Shown here: positions 8,872-18,020 of the stretch, in pieces
Layout: every line of letters starts with the position of its first letter
Numbering within the stretch: the stretch's first letter is position 1
Source: Candidatus Hydrogenedentota bacterium
GTDB taxonomy: Bacteria; Hydrogenedentota; Hydrogenedentia; Hydrogenedentales; SLHB01
Length of the DNA: 64,000 bases
Direction: 5' to 3'
Assembly: GCA_963674865.2 (NCBI GenBank)
Contig: CAXXYE010000009.1
Coordinates: 736,001-800,000 of the forward strand
Translations under genes and position numbers: made by a program
The notes under the pieces: generated by a model
The model's database searches: none
Seen by the model: the letters and a program-made list of their open reading frames with translations, nothing else
What the model was told of the DNA's origin: nothing

Positions 8872-10547
8872 TGGCAGTACTGCTTATGCTCTTGGGCGGA
8901 TGTATGGGAACATTCGCGCCGAAGCTCAGTTCATGGCGTGCAATGGCCCGGCCCGCTAAGCCTAGCGCAGAGGCCGAGGCTTATGCCCACTACCTGACGG
9001 CGTCACTCTACGAACGACAAGGCAAGTATGACGCCGCTTTGGAGGAACTCCGCCAGGCATCCGATCTTTTCCCCGACTCCACGACGCTGCTCACTCACTT
9101 GATCGAGGCATATGTCCGCACGGAGGATTTCGACAACGCCCTGCATATTTGCAAGCGCGCCGTATCGGAGGATCCGGGAAACGCCGGATTGTGGCTCACG
9201 CTCGGGCGTTTGTACTACGAATTTGAGCGTTTTGATGAGGCCGTCAACGCCTTCAACGAAGCCATCAAGCTCAATCCTGAGAGCGCTATGGGCTACGAGG
9301 AACTTCTTACCGTCAAGGAACGAACGAATGACCTCGTATCGGCGCTACAGGTCTATGAGAAGCTCATTGAGCTTAATCCTCGCACCGCTGTTCCTCACTT
9401 CTACCTGGGACTTAACCTGGCCCGCATGGGTGATGCCGCGGGGGCAAAGGCCGCCTTGGGAAGAGCCCTGGAACTCAATCCGCGTTTCGCCCGCGCCCGC
9501 TATCTCCTGGCCGTTGTAAGCCTGGATCTCAACGAGAACGAAGAGGCAGCAAAGAATCTTCTGCTTTACCTAAGCCAGGTGCCGCGCGACGTCAACGCCC
9601 AGGAGCGGCTGGCTGCCGCCTTGGCGCGATTGGGGCGGTATCCCGAGGCGGTGCGCATCATGGCCGACATTGTCCGACGCGGCCCGGCCGAGCCACGCCT
9701 TTACCTTGCCTGCATGTACCTTATGCTCCAAGCGGGTCGCTATGAGGATGCCGAGGCGAAGATCCCGCCGTCGGGCGCCCCCATCTTCAGTGACCTCATG
9801 ACGGCGCTGGCACGTCGCGGCGCGGGAAAACCTTACCGAGGACTCGTTGAGGGGCTGGACAAAATCGCGGGCGATATCGACGGCGAATGCCAAGCCTATC
9901 TCAATGAACTCCTTTACTTCTTTGGGGAGGAGAGTACGGGCGCTTACTTTCTCGATGCGTTGGGGACGCTCCGAGATGAAGTACCGGACTCGCGCACGCT
10001 TGACATCATTCTCGCGCGTACGCTAATGGCCATGGAACGCCCGGAGGAAGCTGAACCTATCCTCCTCGCGGCGCTAAAGATTGCCGAAAACGACTTCTGG
10101 GTCCATTACTACCTCGCCACCGTGTATGAAGACCTGGCCCGTGTCGCCGACGCGGAGAAGCACCTTCAAACGTGTCTGACTTTGGAGCCCGACAACGCCG
10201 AAGTGATGAACTTCCTCGGCTACCTCTACGCCGAGCAAGATATGAAACTGGACGAAGCGGAAGCTCTTCTGAAGCGGGCGTTGGAGGTGGAGCCAGACAA
10301 CGGCTTCTACCTGGACAGCCTGGGATGGATTCACTACCGCCAAGGGCGGGCCGAGAGCGCAATCGAGTTGATACGCAAGGCCATCATTGCGATGGATACC
10401 GACGATGCCGTGCTGCGGGACCACCTTGGCGACGCGTATCTGCTGAACGGCGAGGAGGAAAAAGCCGTCGAGCAATGGCGCCGCGCCCTGCGCCTTGACC
10501 CGGGCCTCGAGGATGTGCAGGAGAAGATTAGCCAGCACACGCAGTAA
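8862..10547 (+). CDS. Tetratricopeptide-repeat lipoprotein
   Basis: Lipobox LLGGC, many TPR units, C-terminal NFLGY...DSLGW...DHLGDAY signature. Confidence 0.85.
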   Translation: MRLMAVLLMLLGGCMGTFAPKLSSWRAMARPAKPSAEAEAYAHYLTASLYERQGKYDAALEELRQASDLFPDSTTLLTHLIEAYVRTEDFDNALHICKRAVSEDPGNAGLWLTLGRLYYEFERFDEAVNAFNEAIKLNPESAMGYEELLTVKERTNDLVSALQVYEKLIELNPRTAVPHFYLGLNLARMGDAAGAKAALGRALELNPRFARARYLLAVVSLDLNENEEAAKNLLLYLSQVPRDVNAQERLAAALARLGRYPEAVRIMADIVRRGPAEPRLYLACMYLMLQAGRYEDAEAKIPPSGAPIFSDLMTALARRGAGKPYRGLVEGLDKIAGDIDGECQAYLNELLYFFGEESTGAYFLDALGTLRDEVPDSRTLDIILARTLMAMERPEEAEPILLAALKIAENDFWVHYYLATVYEDLARVADAEKHLQTCLTLEPDNAEVMNFLGYLYAEQDMKLDEAEALLKRALEVEPDNGFYLDSLGWIHYRQGRAESAIELIRKAIIAMDTDDAVLRDHLGDAYLLNGEEEKAVEQWRRALRLDPGLEDVQEKISQHTQ

Positions 10548-10570
10548 CCCGCCTATGGATACGGACGCGT

Positions 10571-13093
10571 CTACAGTGCGCCGGACACCGAACTGAGCGG
10601 CAACCATTCCCCTTTGCGAAGGATGAGTATCGCCGCGTCCGTCGCCAAGGTCACCGTGCCTCTTGAAGGATTGTATTCTCGAACACGCCAATCGCCGTGG
10701 ACAACATCGCCCAAGGCAAAGCGGCCACGCCGCTCAGGGGCGTTATCGGGCCGTATCGCTATGCTGAATTCCGCGGGACGCTCCGCCGATGCGCTGACAA
10801 TGCCGACCAACGCCACGGAGGCCGCAGGCGTGGACATATTCCGCCTCGGAGTTGTGCTCGTTTCTTCCGAAGCCGGTTCCGTTGGCTCTTGAGACGCCGT
10901 AGAGGGAACCTCACCGCCAGACGAAGTCTCCTCTGCCGATGCGGACGCATCCGGCAGCGTGAACTGCTCGACAATGTCGCCCTGCCATGCGTCGGAGGCC
11001 AAAAAGACGCGGTACTCCCCCGGCCATAGATGATAGGCAAACTTGGCCTGGGCGCCAGGAGAAACCGCCTCAATTAGGGGGCTCTCGAGTTCACGCACCC
11101 GAGGTAAGACGGGAAGGGTGATCGCCTGCCACGAATCCAGCGTCCCCCGCTTCTGCTCCAGGCCGTAGAACGCGCCGTTACGCATCGAAGTCCTGCCCGA
11201 CGCCAGGTAGAGCTTTCGCGCGCCACGGTTGCCCACCCGGATGGTGACGGCATAGGAGGGCCTTCCCTCGGCCGTAAGCCGCCCCTCCATCTCGGAGAGG
11301 GCCGGTAGCGTGATATACGGAGCGGGCCTGGCAAGACCGCCGAAATCCGTGCCTACAAGGAGTGCCCCGGCGACGCCCAGCGCGAGTAGGCCCGGCGGCA
11401 CGTAGCGCAGGTCTTTCACGCGAGCCATGGCCACCCAGCCCGCGGCCAGCAGCATGAGATTCGACAGGATCAGCATCAGGATGCCGGGACGCGCCAATAA
11501 GGGCCCGCCTTCCCGGAAAAGAGCCGCCATCCGGCTTGGACTGTAGTGCGCCTCGTGAATGACGCTCACCGCCACCCACGTGCTCAGGAGCCATAGCGCG
11601 CCCAAGAGTATGCTCCGAAGTCCCGGCCGCCGCATCGTAGGCAGCGCAGCCGCCGCTACACACGCCGCAAGGGGAGCGCAAACGGCCCAGAAGACGGCAC
11701 TCATGTCCGCTCGGAAGCGGACTGCGGCCATGATTGCCGATTGATCACCCACGCCCGGCAGAACCAGGTATAGGAATAGTCCCCCCGCCGCGGCCCATGC
11801 CAGCCAGGAGTCCGTCCCGATGACGGCGCCCTGCTTGGCGGGCTTGGCCAAGCGCATCAAGAAGCTGCCGCCCTCATAGGGGAGATCCTCAGCGCCGGAA
11901 GCGCTCAGAGCACGCTTGATCAGGTCGCGAGCGCGCCGCATGTCATCTTTCGCCCGGAAGGCCTGTCGCTCAAGTGCATCGAATGCCGTCTGCGTCATTT
12001 CCCGGTTCTGGAGAAGGCCGCGGGCCTGTTCCAGTACGATGTCCGCCGTCTTGCTGTCATCGGCATACCCGTTCCTGAGACGGTTCAACTGCTCGCGTGC
12101 GAGTTCCAAGGCCGCGTCCGCTCGCGCCTGGTCGGCGGCGCACTCGGCGTCAAGGTCTTCCAAGGCCTCAGTGGATGTTTGTCCCCCAACACGGAGGCGT
12201 TCGGCATCGCGGCGGCGGGATTCGGCCTGTTCCCGGAGTTCGAACGCGCGGTTCAAGTCGGCAATGTGGAGGTCGACAAGAGATTTCGCCTGCTCGGGCT
12301 CGGGCGGGAAAGTGAAATGGAATCCGCCCGACGGCACGACATCCAACGACGCTGTCTTGAGTCCGCCTGCGCGGAATGGGTCGTGGGTCGCAAGCCATCC
12401 CCGCAGATTGGCTTGACGCCGTTCGAGGCGATCTCGATGCTCGCGGAGTCGCTCCACCTGCTCACAGTATTCCGGGAACGCCATGTCACCGGTGCGAATA
12501 CCGCGGTGGGCACGTCTGAGCTTCTCCCGCGTGCTCGCCAGATCAATGGCCGCCTCCGTCAGGCGCTGGGTGAGTTGCTCATCATAATTGCTGCGGGCCT
12601 CTCGCACACGCGCCAGGGTGGTCTCGATGCTACGCGCCTTGCCTGAGCCAGCTTCCTCTCGCCTGAGTTCCGCTTTGAGGGTGTGCTCAAGATTGCAGAG
12701 CGTGCGAAGGGGTTCGAGCACCTCGAGCGGGACGGCCTGCGACTCTTCCTCCTCTGTTCTAGTCGGAGACACAGCGCCGACCTCTTCTTGAAGTTCACGG
12801 TGCAGCTCCTCGGCGGGCCCGCCCTTGTCCGCCTCAACTGGCCCCGCCTCTTCGCGGCCCGACGAGGGCCCCTCCGGTGTCACCGGCCGTTCCTGTGGAC
12901 GCCGAACAAACTCCGGGCGATCCTTCAGGTAGATAGTCCGCGTGTCGGAAGGGAAATCGCTTGCCTTCGGGATCCAGATCTTCTGGCGGCAGGCGATGCA
13001 TTTCCCGGGGCGCCCCAGCATGGACTCCGCGATCCTCATCTTCTGGCCGCAGATACAGTACAGGCGAAACTTCGGTGCAGCATCGCGAGCCAT
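10571..13093 (-). CDS. Multidomain membrane protein: Zn ribbon, long coiled coil, about 5-6 TM helices, extracytoplasmic domain, C-terminal PilP/GspC-HR-like beta domain
   Basis: N-terminal CxCG...CxxC; heptad-rich charged region; hydrophobic segments at about aa 430-585; strong RBS GGAGGTAGGAGG. Confidence 0.7.
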   Translation of the reverse strand: MARDAAPKFRLYCICGQKMRIAESMLGRPGKCIACRQKIWIPKASDFPSDTRTIYLKDRPEFVRRPQERPVTPEGPSSGREEAGPVEADKGGPAEELHRELQEEVGAVSPTRTEEEESQAVPLEVLEPLRTLCNLEHTLKAELRREEAGSGKARSIETTLARVREARSNYDEQLTQRLTEAAIDLASTREKLRRAHRGIRTGDMAFPEYCEQVERLREHRDRLERRQANLRGWLATHDPFRAGGLKTASLDVVPSGGFHFTFPPEPEQAKSLVDLHIADLNRAFELREQAESRRRDAERLRVGGQTSTEALEDLDAECAADQARADAALELAREQLNRLRNGYADDSKTADIVLEQARGLLQNREMTQTAFDALERQAFRAKDDMRRARDLIKRALSASGAEDLPYEGGSFLMRLAKPAKQGAVIGTDSWLAWAAAGGLFLYLVLPGVGDQSAIMAAVRFRADMSAVFWAVCAPLAACVAAAALPTMRRPGLRSILLGALWLLSTWVAVSVIHEAHYSPSRMAALFREGGPLLARPGILMLILSNLMLLAAGWVAMARVKDLRYVPPGLLALGVAGALLVGTDFGGLARPAPYITLPALSEMEGRLTAEGRPSYAVTIRVGNRGARKLYLASGRTSMRNGAFYGLEQKRGTLDSWQAITLPVLPRVRELESPLIEAVSPGAQAKFAYHLWPGEYRVFLASDAWQGDIVEQFTLPDASASAEETSSGGEVPSTASQEPTEPASEETSTTPRRNMSTPAASVALVGIVSASAERPAEFSIAIRPDNAPERRGRFALGDVVHGDWRVREYNPSRGTVTLATDAAILILRKGEWLPLSSVSGAL

Positions 13094-13120
13094 CACATCC
13101 TCCTACCTCCCCCAATATTC

Positions 13121-13150
13121 AGAGTAGAGCCAACGCCGCACCGATTTCAA
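13121..13150 (-). promoter_or_regulatory. sigma70-type promoter for the 840-aa membrane protein gene
   Basis: TTGAAA-18 nt-TACTCT; shares a 14-bp -35 segment with the promoter at 4026. Confidence 0.55.
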
Positions 13151-13278
13151 GGGCCTGCGCCCCGGGGGAGGGTCACTGATTTGCCCGCATACAGTAGGTC
13201 ACTCCCTCTCACTCCAACCGATACGGCTTTCGGGGGGCGGCCAACGGTAGGTATGGGACGGAATGCTCCTCTGGTCGC

Positions 13279-14451
13279 TCAATCAAGTCCCTTGATTGAT
13301 TTACTGACCTTCCGAAGTACTTCGGCGGCAATGTCATCCCAGGGCTTGGTCACCCTCTTCAGTTGTTCCCGACCTCTTCGTCTCACCTCTTCACACAACT
13401 CAGGTTCTTCCTGAAGCATCAGAATCGCGTCCCGGATGGATTCCACAGACCAAGGGTCGCAGTACAGGGCAGCCGTTCCACAGACAGCGTGCGCGAAATC
13501 CAAGTCACTGGTTATGATCGGAAGCCCGAAATGCATTGCCTCGAGATACGTACTGCTGTAGGACTCCAAAAACGTTGGCATGAGAAGCGCCTCGCAATGC
13601 TGGTAGTAGGCCGCAAGATCCTTCTGAGCCAGGGGGCCAACATTCACGATCACGTCCCGTAGTCCGTATCGGTCCACTCGGCGCAGGAGCCGGGCCGCGC
13701 GAGGATGCTGATCGGCAGATATCGTTACCAGAACTACAAATTCATCGAGGTCAGCGCGATGGCGATGAAAGGCCTCCACAACCCCTTCCAGGTTCTTGTG
13801 GGGATAGTACCTCGTCAAACACAAGAGGACCCTCTTGCTGCCCAAGCGGCTGAAGACCGGAGGCGCAACGCTTGCATCGCCCCCCTGTACATCCATCGAG
13901 ATCGCGTTCGGGCAGACCACTACATCCCCATTGTAGCCAAATAACGCTCGGATACGGCCCGCAGCGGCATCGGTCTGGCACAGCAGCAGTCGGGCGTGCC
14001 TGAGATCGGCCGCAAGCTGCAACTTCTGATAGCGCTTGATCAGCTTGCGCTTCAATGACTCCCCGGCGTAGTGCCGACCCGGATAGAAGAGATGCGCATC
14101 TTGGCAGAGAACGACCTGGGGCGCTTTAATCCCCCGCACTCCTGTGTTTCCCAGAGCCAGTACGAGGTCCGCACCGAAGGAGTTGATGGCTGCCGGCAGT
14201 TCGAACGCATCGTACTTCCAGCGCTTCCAGGGGTTGCCGCCCTCAGAGAACACGCTCAGTTCCTTTTCCGGAAGCTCTGCGCAGGCTTCTTCATAGCCCA
14301 CGCGCCCCGGTATACTGATGAGGTACGCGTGACGCGGCGCAACCCGGGCAAGTGCCGCAATGAGGTTCCTGCCGACCGAGCGTCCACCCGCGGCCCGCAA
14401 GGCATGAGCAATGACTGCTATTCGCAGTCGCTTCTCATTGACGGTGTTCAT
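13279..14451 (-). CDS. Glycosyltransferase family 4 (GT-B)
   Basis: YPHKN, ESYSSTYLEAMHFGLPIITSD (ExxxxxxxEA motif). Confidence 0.9.
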   Translation of the reverse strand: MNTVNEKRLRIAVIAHALRAAGGRSVGRNLIAALARVAPRHAYLISIPGRVGYEEACAELPEKELSVFSEGGNPWKRWKYDAFELPAAINSFGADLVLALGNTGVRGIKAPQVVLCQDAHLFYPGRHYAGESLKRKLIKRYQKLQLAADLRHARLLLCQTDAAAGRIRALFGYNGDVVVCPNAISMDVQGGDASVAPPVFSRLGSKRVLLCLTRYYPHKNLEGVVEAFHRHRADLDEFVVLVTISADQHPRAARLLRRVDRYGLRDVIVNVGPLAQKDLAAYYQHCEALLMPTFLESYSSTYLEAMHFGLPIITSDLDFAHAVCGTAALYCDPWSVESIRDAILMLQEEPELCEEVRRRGREQLKRVTKPWDDIAAEVLRKVSKSIKGLD

Positions 14452-15251
14452 GACCCCCTGCGCGGCGATGTCTTCAGAGACGTGGCCTTGATAAGAATGT
14501 GATATGAAAGAGGACCCGCTCTCAAGGAGTAGTCGAGATGCAAGATTCTCTCGATAATGCGGGCTATGGCTTGGCGATATCTGGGAATGAGGCGTTCAAG
14601 TACCAGAGCCGATATCTCAAGGAGCGGCAGGAGAACACCATAGTAGTGAATCGCCTCTACTCGCCACTCTTCCCCGAGGATTCTACAAATCTCGCCTTTG
14701 GTGTAGTGCTTGTGGAAAGGTGACTCACTTCTGGTGATGTTCCCAATAAGGGAGGTACTTGTATCCAGGAAACGTTTGCTGTATTCCTCGGCGCTGCAGT
14801 TCTTGAGGAACTTGTATAGAGTTCTGTGGAGTCTTGGGAAGTTGAACTTCAGGTTGGACCGATCTGCCCACGCGGTTAAGCCCTTGTGGGGAACCGTTAT
14901 GACTAGAACACCCGAAGGTCTCAGAAGGCGGTAGATTTCGCCTAGAACGAATCCCTCGTCGCCCGTGTGTTCGAGAACATCGAGGATGGTGACGTAGTCG
15001 AAGCTGTTGTCCTCGAGAGGAACCTCTTGGCCTGGCTCAATCCTGACAAAGTGGGCCGGAACTCCCGAAGCCTTGGCGGCTGCCATGAGTTCGGGGTTGA
15101 CCTCAATTCCACAAACCTTCAGAAACTCCCTCTTGTGGGCGATCCAGGCCAGAAAACTCCCCGAGCCACACCCATAATCGAGAATCGTCCGCGTGTCGGC
15201 GGAACACATGCGCATGGCAAGTTCATAGGGGTATATATGTATATCTGCCAT
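14448..15251 (-). CDS. Class I SAM-dependent methyltransferase
   Basis: ILDYGCGSG, DNSFD.V..LDVLEH, RLLRPSG.L.ITVP; ATGA overlap with the downstream GT gene. Confidence 0.9.
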   Translation of the reverse strand: MADIHIYPYELAMRMCSADTRTILDYGCGSGSFLAWIAHKREFLKVCGIEVNPELMAAAKASGVPAHFVRIEPGQEVPLEDNSFDYVTILDVLEHTGDEGFVLGEIYRLLRPSGVLVITVPHKGLTAWADRSNLKFNFPRLHRTLYKFLKNCSAEEYSKRFLDTSTSLIGNITRSESPFHKHYTKGEICRILGEEWRVEAIHYYGVLLPLLEISALVLERLIPRYRQAIARIIERILHLDYSLRAGPLSYHILIKATSLKTSPRRGS

Positions 15252-15320
15252 AATACTGTCAAGTGCTCCTTCTTACACACGAGCCAAGTGGGCGTGAGAT
15301 GACGGATCTCCTCGCCAACA

Positions 15321-16496
15321 CTAATGGGACTCCTGCTCGGACTCAAGAAGTCGCTTGTATAGACGGAGATGGGCATCCGCAACCTTTGGCCAAGTCAGAT
15401 GTGTCCTGACAAGATCCCTTGCGTTGTCTCCCATCTTCTTGGCCATCTCTGGGTTTGCCAGCAAGAACTTGGCACCTCGCCCGAGTCCCTCGCAATCGCC
15501 CTGACGCACACCGATGCCGGTGAAGTAGTCCTGGACAATCCACTCCCCGACTCCTGTCCGGGTGCCAAGAACCGGGAGTCCGGCGGCCATAGGTTCGATA
15601 TAGTTGAATCCAAACGTTTCCGTATCAGTGCCGATGAGGCCGACATGTGATCGACTCATGATCCAGGGCACCAGGTTGCGGTCGACTCTCCCTGGGCAGA
15701 TCACTTGCTCCTCAACGCCGAGACTACGCGCGTAGGAGATGATGGCGCTCCGCATAACTCCCTCACCAAGTAAGAGAAGTCGGGCGTTGGGATACTTGCG
15801 CAACACGGGGTGCATGCCTTCCAGGAGCCACCGGTGACCCTTATGCCTATGAAACTGCGCCAGGTACAAAAAGTTGAAGCATTTGTCGTCCTCCAGACAT
15901 CCGAGCGCTTCAGGACTAAGCGCCCCCTTCTCAGGCGGAGCTTGGGCTTCGTCCCCCCACGGTTCCAAGCCGCACGGGAGGAAGCCCGCGCGCCCTCCAG
16001 CTAGGAGCCCGGGAGAACCCAGGAAACGCCTGGCCGTGTAGGGCGTCAGGAAGTTCACGAAGTCCACGTATTTGCGATACAAGCACGAATAGAGGAGAGT
16101 TAGTGGAACCCTCCTCCAATTCCCATGCTGAAAGGACATGAGAGTGATGACTACTCTGAGTCTGTCCGGATAGCGCTTCTTGAGTGACCAGATTGGCCGG
16201 AAGTGTCTGAAACCGGAAACGTGCACAATGAGACGGCGGTGTTGTCCCAAGAGCACATCAACGGTGCTGGCGAGAGACTCGGGCGTTTCGTCCAGAAGGA
16301 AGATGTCCTCGCTCGAATACGCATGCCTTACCGCTGCCCAGAGTCCGGGATTCTGTTCTTCAGGCGTGCTGGCCACAGCGACACGAACATCTGAGTCCGT
16401 TCCCACTTGCCTGAGCGCAATCGCCAATTGGGCATAGTGGTACACAAGACCGACGCCATGGCTGTGGGCTACGAAGAGGACGGCGTCTTTTTTCAT
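15321..16496 (-). CDS. Glycosyltransferase family 4 (GT-B)
   Basis: HKGH, ETFGFNYIEPMAAGLPV. Confidence 0.9.
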   Translation of the reverse strand: MKKDAVLFVAHSHGVGLVYHYAQLAIALRQVGTDSDVRVAVASTPEEQNPGLWAAVRHAYSSEDIFLLDETPESLASTVDVLLGQHRRLIVHVSGFRHFRPIWSLKKRYPDRLRVVITLMSFQHGNWRRVPLTLLYSCLYRKYVDFVNFLTPYTARRFLGSPGLLAGGRAGFLPCGLEPWGDEAQAPPEKGALSPEALGCLEDDKCFNFLYLAQFHRHKGHRWLLEGMHPVLRKYPNARLLLLGEGVMRSAIISYARSLGVEEQVICPGRVDRNLVPWIMSRSHVGLIGTDTETFGFNYIEPMAAGLPVLGTRTGVGEWIVQDYFTGIGVRQGDCEGLGRGAKFLLANPEMAKKMGDNARDLVRTHLTWPKVADAHLRLYKRLLESEQESH

Positions 16497-16520
16497 AACA
16501 GGTACCCCTATCCGCGATGT

Positions 16521-17915
16521 CTACTCGCCAGCACCAGTCTGGGGCGTGTCATTCCGCGGCTGCATCGCTTTCACCATAGTGCTTCTGGCGTTGCTCAACT
16601 TGGTCGCTATCTCGATGGATTTCTCTCTCAAACGACATCGTATGGCTTCCCGACGCTCCCATATGTCGTCAAAGAAAGCGGCCATACTTTCGACCGACGG
16701 CTGATCCAGGTAGCAGATCTGATCTTCCAGCCCCAGCATCTCCCTGAAGATGCCGCTCAGACGGTAGTCGTTATGGCTCGGGCCCATTAGCATGAACGGA
16801 ACCTCCATTCCGACGGCGGCGATGGCTGAGTGGGCACGCTCGGCAACCAACACCTCGGCCTCGCGAATAAGTCCTTTGAGTTCGCGCGGCGACAGCTCCG
16901 CCTCTAGCACGCGTGCGCGGCCTTTGGGCACATCGATACGGCCCAGGATATCTAAGCCGACCAATCGATCGTCGAGTTCCCGCGTGGGGCCGATAGCATG
17001 CGGAAGAAACAGGAGGTTTACGGGATAGTTCTTCACGACATGCTGGGCCAAGTGGGCGAGCATCGCGCGGTGCGCTTGGACCTTCTCCGAGCGCGAACTC
17101 AGGTCACGAAAACACCTCCGCGCGATTGACGCGGGCTCACATGCCGTGAACATGACAACAGGTTGGGAGAAGAACTCGGCTAGCCCTTCTCTCTCAATGA
17201 TGGACCTTATCTTGTCTTGAGATCCCGGCCGCATGCCGAAGGCAGGATCCGGGGCGGTCTTTACGTCTAGGCTCGGGAAATTGAGCTTCGCCCAGTTCGT
17301 CGCAATGTCATGACGACAGAAGACGAACTCAGCGTGTTGTAGGGCCGCCGCGAAAACACGGACAACGTAGGGGTTGCTGGTATTGGGCTTCATCGAGCTT
17401 CCAAAGACACCGAAACGCATTCCGAACCCACGCATCATATTTATCACGTGACAGTCATATTCATTCAGGGCTCCGTCGTGGCCCGCGAGCAAGAAGTCGC
17501 AGTCAAGGATTCGCTTCAGGGCGCGCATCCTGGCGCTGCTCGGTTCGGAAGATGAGTGTCTTAGATGTCTGAGCTGTCTCGCCGTCTTGCGCACCGGCCG
17601 TTGTGGAATCATCACCCACCATGGAAGGAAACGGTCAAAGCCATTGCGCAGCACAGAACACAAGGATGCAACTATCTGGTCGAATCGAGGCCCGGGGTTG
17701 AACTCGAGAGAACGCCATCGCGAGTAGAACCAATTGGCGGGATATACGTGAAGGCCTTCCACGAAGCGGTACTCCTTGGCCAACATGTCAAGAATGTGAA
17801 ACTCGACGTTCCCCTCCGGAAATAGCACATCCCCCATACCACGGATGATCGCCTCTTCGCCCTTGTTCTCGAGAGGGACCCATTCGGGCACGAATATGTG
17901 GTGTATTCTTTTCAC
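16521..17915 (-). CDS. Polysaccharide pyruvyl transferase family protein (WcaK-like)
   Basis: NKGEEAI, FCR.....(A)PDPAF, ELKGLI...ERAHSAIAA...VP. Confidence 0.85.
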   Translation of the reverse strand: MKRIHHIFVPEWVPLENKGEEAIIRGMGDVLFPEGNVEFHILDMLAKEYRFVEGLHVYPANWFYSRWRSLEFNPGPRFDQIVASLCSVLRNGFDRFLPWWVMIPQRPVRKTARQLRHLRHSSSEPSSARMRALKRILDCDFLLAGHDGALNEYDCHVINMMRGFGMRFGVFGSSMKPNTSNPYVVRVFAAALQHAEFVFCRHDIATNWAKLNFPSLDVKTAPDPAFGMRPGSQDKIRSIIEREGLAEFFSQPVVMFTACEPASIARRCFRDLSSRSEKVQAHRAMLAHLAQHVVKNYPVNLLFLPHAIGPTRELDDRLVGLDILGRIDVPKGRARVLEAELSPRELKGLIREAEVLVAERAHSAIAAVGMEVPFMLMGPSHNDYRLSGIFREMLGLEDQICYLDQPSVESMAAFFDDIWERREAIRCRLREKSIEIATKLSNARSTMVKAMQPRNDTPQTGAGE

Positions 17916-18020
17916 CGATGCCGTTTCTTCCTCTCTTCGCGCGCTAGCGGGTGCATCCGCAAGCGTTCTAGCCTCAGGCCCAGGTTTGCAGCGAAAAACA
18001 CCTAACAGGCTGCCCTCTGC

